From positions 1 to 64,000 of IMG/VR virus record IMGVR_UViG_2974613666_000001: a stretch of 64,000 nt of DNA. One strand, 5' to 3'. Shown here piece by piece: positions 60,201 through 64,000 of this stretch; the stretch's first letter is position 1, and each line of letters starts with the position of its first letter. Made by a program: the position numbers and the translations under genes. The stretch comes from a virus (lineage: Duplodnaviria; Caudoviricetes). The notes beneath the pieces are model-generated. The model had not been told where the DNA came from and made no database searches. It worked only from the letters and a program-made list of their open reading frames with translations.

Positions 60201-61742
60201 GGTACAGGTATTGCGCCTAATAAGTTACCTAAGCAGTTCACACCTCCCGATAGCTGGGGGAAAGGTGCTGATGTTAAATCTGAAGCTGGTAAGGAAGTTA
60301 AAACACAGGCATCTAAAACAAGCACTGGAGGCAAGCCAACAGTAGCTACTCTACAAAAGCAATATGCCGATGTGGGATTAACATTTGAAAAAGATCAGGA
60401 TAACAACAGATATCCGTACAAAGTTACTAATGCTGATGGGAAGTTTAACAGGTATAAGACTCTATCTGAGGCTAGGGAAGCATTACCAAAATTAGCTGAA
60501 ACAGAGAAGACTAGAGCATCTAAAACAAGTGTGACTAGCAGCAAATACGAAGTGGAAGATTTTGAGGCAGCAGAGGGAGTTGCTAAATTGGAGAGTGATC
60601 TTAGGATGGCGGATGGTATGCTAAAAGCCATTAAAGAAACTATCACAGCACTGGACGATGAATTAAAGGATGTTAAGGGTAGTAAGCGTAACAGCTATAC
60701 CGTAAGTGGGTTATCCGGTAAGAAAAAACTCACTAAGGAACAAATGATATCCTCCATATTAGATAAACAAGAGGATTATAAAAATATGATTCAGCAAGCG
60801 GAGGATAGGAGGAAAAAAACTAAAGATGGTTTGAGTAAAGTACCAGAAGATGCAACTAAAGCATACAACTACCTATACAAGAGAGTAGACCCAGATAGTA
60901 TAACCTCTGAATATGGCTTAATAGAAGCTGGTAAGAAACGCGGTTTTAAAGTAGGTAAAAGGTTTGGCAACTACATCATTGACCAAAACAAATACGATAG
61001 TGATTACAAACTACCTACAAAACTAGGGTCTGATTTGGAAGAAGCCGTTTACGGACTAAACACAGCTATTGCGAGAGGTGAATTTGTAAAATCCTTAAAC
61101 ACTTCACCGGACATCGAAGTATCTATGCAGGGCGAGAGTTATACGGTTTTAAATAAGAAGACAGGTGAGGAGCAAAGATTTGAGTTCTATAGAGGATTTG
61201 AGGATGTCAAAAAAGCTGTAGACTCTTTCTCAAACACTCAAAATAAACAAAACAGCACCGTAAGCAACATCAAAGGTTTAGAAGAGCGAAACAAACAGAA
61301 ACTAGCGAAGTCAAGTGCATCGGAAGCGCGATCGCTCGTAGAAAACCTAACTAACGCTCAGGACGTACTCAAAAAACTAGACGAGTATGAACTGGTGGAA
61401 GGTTCTAAAAGGAATCGTTGGTTTAGTCCAGACCCCAAGGATGATGTTATGGACGATGAAGACTACAACGACGCTGTAAAATCAGCCCAAAATGAACTCA
61501 AGGACACCTACACCCGCTTGTTACCATCAACCAAAATCAAAGGGCTACAACCAGATTTACTTGGTGGTGACATGACTGCGATCGTTTCTCTCCCTGGTGG
61601 TGGTACTGAGGTGTGGAATACTTCTAAGGTCAAACCTGCTAAGGATGTTCCTAGCTTGCAGGATAAGGAAAGTGGGTTGTATGTCTATCCCACGTTGCCT
61701 GTGCAGGAGAAGGTTGAGAGTAAACCCAAAAAACGAACCTAG
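57210..61742 (+). CDS. Giant LFxNL-leader family polyvalent protein (1510 aa)
   Basis: LSHLFHNLREY leader, shared domain, FAEF/FQE/VDF, Cys knuckle, many Lys-rich modules. Confidence 0.8.
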   Translation: MSLSHLFHNLREYTIGKNGIETANLLTPSKTIAAIRKCEENQLEFAEFMESEQDYKRLGLELKSVLENVYGDTIDGFEGVKVSNGEIKGFFFSNLSPTLVKKFQFTASPQGIYFELINANEINNANVSFQEAGLYANDVVDFATAAGDKKKRVIKNCSEGSKTCHGADGKTKYCINKNFKCATERKATPAERKSRTVKPSPEDAAKLEKIVQRGEVAAEKFTKARVSKDKLAKLDQQLRDELSTGGEVDVLKLQRKLKYPATTYGNDPLNNPVNRLLADMRTKGELEANESGDKVKLSKSDKSSETINSKTAKNQESAKGSDKIADTGKTKGKAVLESKSKTIKEAEIAHKKISDDIAAKTRKFGIDEIFKDDYLFNPTGMEVLIRKDAKFIPAKVVSLQTSYKDNLNKATPTGRLVVETQDGTRALRMSNGILDSKKVSADDLKEMNALAKQQSEAMVTLKKSDEDYYYTKNLNALDTLKTQQVELLDKIAAAKTPAERRSLNKELQATRKEMDALKAGDNKKEEWRKQSEQSYDKAFNGEKFSYDTKEGKIIAKYVQGRDGVNYLKMYKDDSDNPFQSPIMNRSELSNFIDGLHNPKIQDASGFNSTPVFDKKGTRKEMEDLKVGGDRGGEGKEVAKKVPQSEKSYEQIAQEREGADLTYRQAKDAPKGGAVNQNYGNSQATIADALNRKVFGVGNGEKIYNWAKKHDVDLFKLQMDANNDFSISTDGKRSADNRALMDAVVMGKPFKKTAPTVKTKPEPEPEPVAETKPRKVGNSEVGSVYDGDKRLEHHVSINGKSEHLFSVLGKDKYGEFKDQLAELQKKNNYDLSKYEPELDKLVDGFIADKQNPEPVVRGTANTSKAGVPTYTRDRTPAEVDEYNQHLDKVAKGLKAVKGEVALAFRTRGGGTVTKSVKATVYGESGLAYAPKTDAMGEEGFSTLSALVHAASGLKIIEVSTAKEAKRLSGLLADSGIDFSNPDLTTDADVAYKLRAIVKGTGIAPNKLPKQFTPPDSWGKGADVKSEAGKEVKTQASKTSTGGKPTVATLQKQYADVGLTFEKDQDNNRYPYKVTNADGKFNRYKTLSEAREALPKLAETEKTRASKTSVTSSKYEVEDFEAAEGVAKLESDLRMADGMLKAIKETITALDDELKDVKGSKRNSYTVSGLSGKKKLTKEQMISSILDKQEDYKNMIQQAEDRRKKTKDGLSKVPEDATKAYNYLYKRVDPDSITSEYGLIEAGKKRGFKVGKRFGNYIIDQNKYDSDYKLPTKLGSDLEEAVYGLNTAIARGEFVKSLNTSPDIEVSMQGESYTVLNKKTGEEQRFEFYRGFEDVKKAVDSFSNTQNKQNSTVSNIKGLEERNKQKLAKSSASEARSLVENLTNAQDVLKKLDEYELVEGSKRNRWFSPDPKDDVMDDEDYNDAVKSAQNELKDTYTRLLPSTKIKGLQPDLLGGDMTAIVSLPGGGTEVWNTSKVKPAKDVPSLQDKESGLYVYPTLPVQEKVESKPKKRT
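59784..59882 (+). repeat. 99-bp perfect direct repeat, copy A (contains HIP1)
   Basis: Identical to 62095-62193. Confidence 0.95.
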
Positions 61743-62094
61743 TACACCAAAAACACCGACTCCCGTAAAAATAGGAAACTTGCAAATAGCTGTAAATCCT
61801 GCCTTACATTCCGAACTTAACCTAGAGTTTGACCCCGTAACAGCGTGGACGATAACAGGTAAGGACGGTCAAAAAGTTAGGGAATCTATAAAGCTTGATA
61901 AGACTCAACCAATTGTGAGGTTTAAAACCAAAGACGCTGCTGAAAGGTTTGCTCAGAAAATTCTTAAGTCTGCTGAAAAGTTAAATGTCTAGTTAGGGGT
62001 TTGTAACTGTTCGGTAATTTCTACCTATAACTAGACAAACCTAACGGAACGTCCATATAATTAACTCAGTCAAGTAAAGGAGTTAATTATATGG

Positions 62095-62193
62095 GCTAAC
62101 ACTTCTAAAGCAGGAGTTCCAACTTACACACGCGATCGCACCCCCGCAGAAGTGGATGAGTACAACCAGCACTTAGATAAGGTTGCTAAGGGG
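62095..62193 (+). repeat. 99-bp perfect direct repeat, copy B
   Basis: Identical to 59784-59882. Confidence 0.95.
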
Positions 62194-64000
62194 TTGAGAG
62201 CGGTTAAGGGTGAAGTGTCTATTCCCGTTTCTGAGTGGGGTAAAGGAGTATCTACAAAGACAGTTCCTGCGACTATTTATGGTGGAACTGGGTTAGCATT
62301 TACAACCAATAACTTTACCTATACATCACCGTCGTCCGGTAAAACAGAAGAGTTTGTTACCAAGACACTAACCCATGTCCCCACAGGTATGAAGATCCTT
62401 GATGTCAGCAGTGAGAAACAGGCAAGGAAGCTAGTAGCACTTTTAGCAGAAAGCGGTGTAGATTTAACCAGCCCCGATTTGAATAAAGACGGGGATACCT
62501 TATCCAAGCTGGTGAAGATTATAAAGGGATCTGGTGTGACCCCACAAACAGGTATACCTAAGAAATTGAATGCTCCTGATAGCTGGGGGAGTTCAACAGC
62601 CAGCAAACCAACCCCAGATGTAACAAAAGATAGTGTAAAGCAAACTACTAGAGCAACACCAAAACCAGACGTATCAGAGGCTAGCCCATCAAAAGATGAG
62701 ATTAAACAAAAGCAGTCAGATGTGTTAGAAAAATACTCTGCTAAAACTAAAAAACCTGACTCAGTAAGAGAACTAATAGATAGCCTGGATCTAGGTACTG
62801 GTAAAGCCAACGAAGCAAAATCTTTTCTAAAACGTAATCTAGAGAACAAGATTGAAAGGAAGTCTATCACTGAGGAAGATTTTAATAACGCCTTTAGCAA
62901 CAGTTCCAACTTCATCCCAGAAGCAGATAGAAAAGCTGTAAAAGAGCAGTTCATCAAAGGTTTCTCAGATATTGGTGTTTCAATCGTCAAGTCTGCTATG
63001 AGTGACAAGCAGGTGAAGTTGTCCGATGCAAAAGCTCTCATAGTACAGGCTAATAATCTCAGAGAGCTAGGTAATTCATCTGAAGCAGAGAAATTAGAGT
63101 CTGAAGCTAAAAGGCTTAGAACAGAAGCTAGACAAGTACAAGAACCTGAGAAGAAAACCAAACCAACCACCAACGAAGACAGGAATAAGGAAATTAAGGT
63201 AGCAGATAAAGAAACCAAACCCACAACTACTGAAGATATTAAAAAAGCCAAAGTAGTCGCTGATCTAGAGCTTCAGAAGTTGCAAGATGAGAGCAATATC
63301 AGTAATTTTCAAGACCAGATAGCTAAACTTGATGGTGAGCTAAAGGAAGTCCAGGAAAGCAAACGCAATAGTTATACTGAAAAAGGTCTGAACAAGCGCA
63401 AGCTCAACAAAAAAGAGAAAATAGCAGATATTCTCGAAAAGAAGGAGTTTTTCAAAACTGCCACTGAATCAGCAAACAAGCGGTTAGCTAAAATCGCTGA
63501 TGATTTAGATAACACACCAAAAGAAGCTAAGGACGCTTACAATTCTCTTTACAGAAGCATAGATCCAACGGCTATAAAATCATTTGAAAATTTAGCAGAG
63601 GCGGGTAATAGGTTCGGTATGCTCATTGACAGAATGGGTGGAGATTATGTTATTAGAAGGCAACCAGCAGGTAGTAATATTTACGTACAGCCGACAACAT
63701 TAGGTAGTGACCTCACAAGAGCTACCAACAGACTAAATGAAGAATTAGCTAGGGATAAGTTCATAAAATCTCTGAATACATCTCCTGATATCAAAGTCAG
63801 CGTAGCTGGTGGTGATTATGTAGTAGAGGATAAGAGAACGGGTAAAAAAGACCGATACTCACATTACAAAGATTTTGAGGATATTGAAAATGCTGTTAAC
63901 ACTTTGAAAAAACAACAAAGTAGACAAGACAGCACAATAAGTAATGTCAAAGGTTTAGAGGAGCGCAATAAACAGAAACTAGCAAAATCCAGTACATCTG
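62095..64000 (+). other. Headless alternative C-terminal cassette paralogous to the 3' half of 57210..61742 (runs off the window)
   Basis: Manually translated open frame of more than 630 codons, from ANTSKAGVPTY... to ...KGLEERNKQKLAKSS; the upstream ATG (62091) is out of frame. Confidence 0.8.

Noticed and set aside
62319-63251. 310-aa minus-strand ORF, and similar Ser/Leu/Phe-rich antisense ORFs
   Set aside because: Shadows of Lys/Glu-rich plus-strand frames; the plus frame is homologous to 57210

Overview
The whole window looks like part of a large tailed phage or prophage of a cyanobacterium. About 27 HIP1 sites (GCGATCGC) were counted by eye, and no host housekeeping block or integrase is visible. 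It has a Mu-like head module (TerS and TerL on the minus strand, DUF935 portal, Mu-I-type protease/scaffold, DUF2190 cement, major capsid, gp36- and gp37-like neck proteins), tail and fibre genes, PolA, a DnaX-like clamp loader, a two-domain endolysin, an AlkB-like dioxygenase and four tnpB loci. Four things stand out. (1) A paralogous family of six proteins shares an N-terminal 'LFxNL' leader; four of them also share a ~65-aa domain, clustered F-x-E motifs and a Cys knuckle, followed by unrelated C-terminal cargoes. Small partner genes and headless 'orphan' C-terminal cassettes accompany them, one linked by a 99-bp perfect repeat. This resembles a MuF-independent, capsid-delivered polymorphic effector system. 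(2) A degenerate three-repeat CRISPR mini-array has an intact IS200/IS605 tnpB element inserted inside spacer 2, so the spacer remainder is positioned to be the TnpB guide. (3) Next to it lies a ~1.4-kb non-coding region with a promoter-driven ~720-nt GOLLD-like RNA and a convergent structured RNA. (4) The phage carries a homologue of the circadian regulator Pex. Several accessory genes have 1-nt frameshifts, which may be decay or sequencing error. All family assignments come from motif recognition by eye, not database searches.
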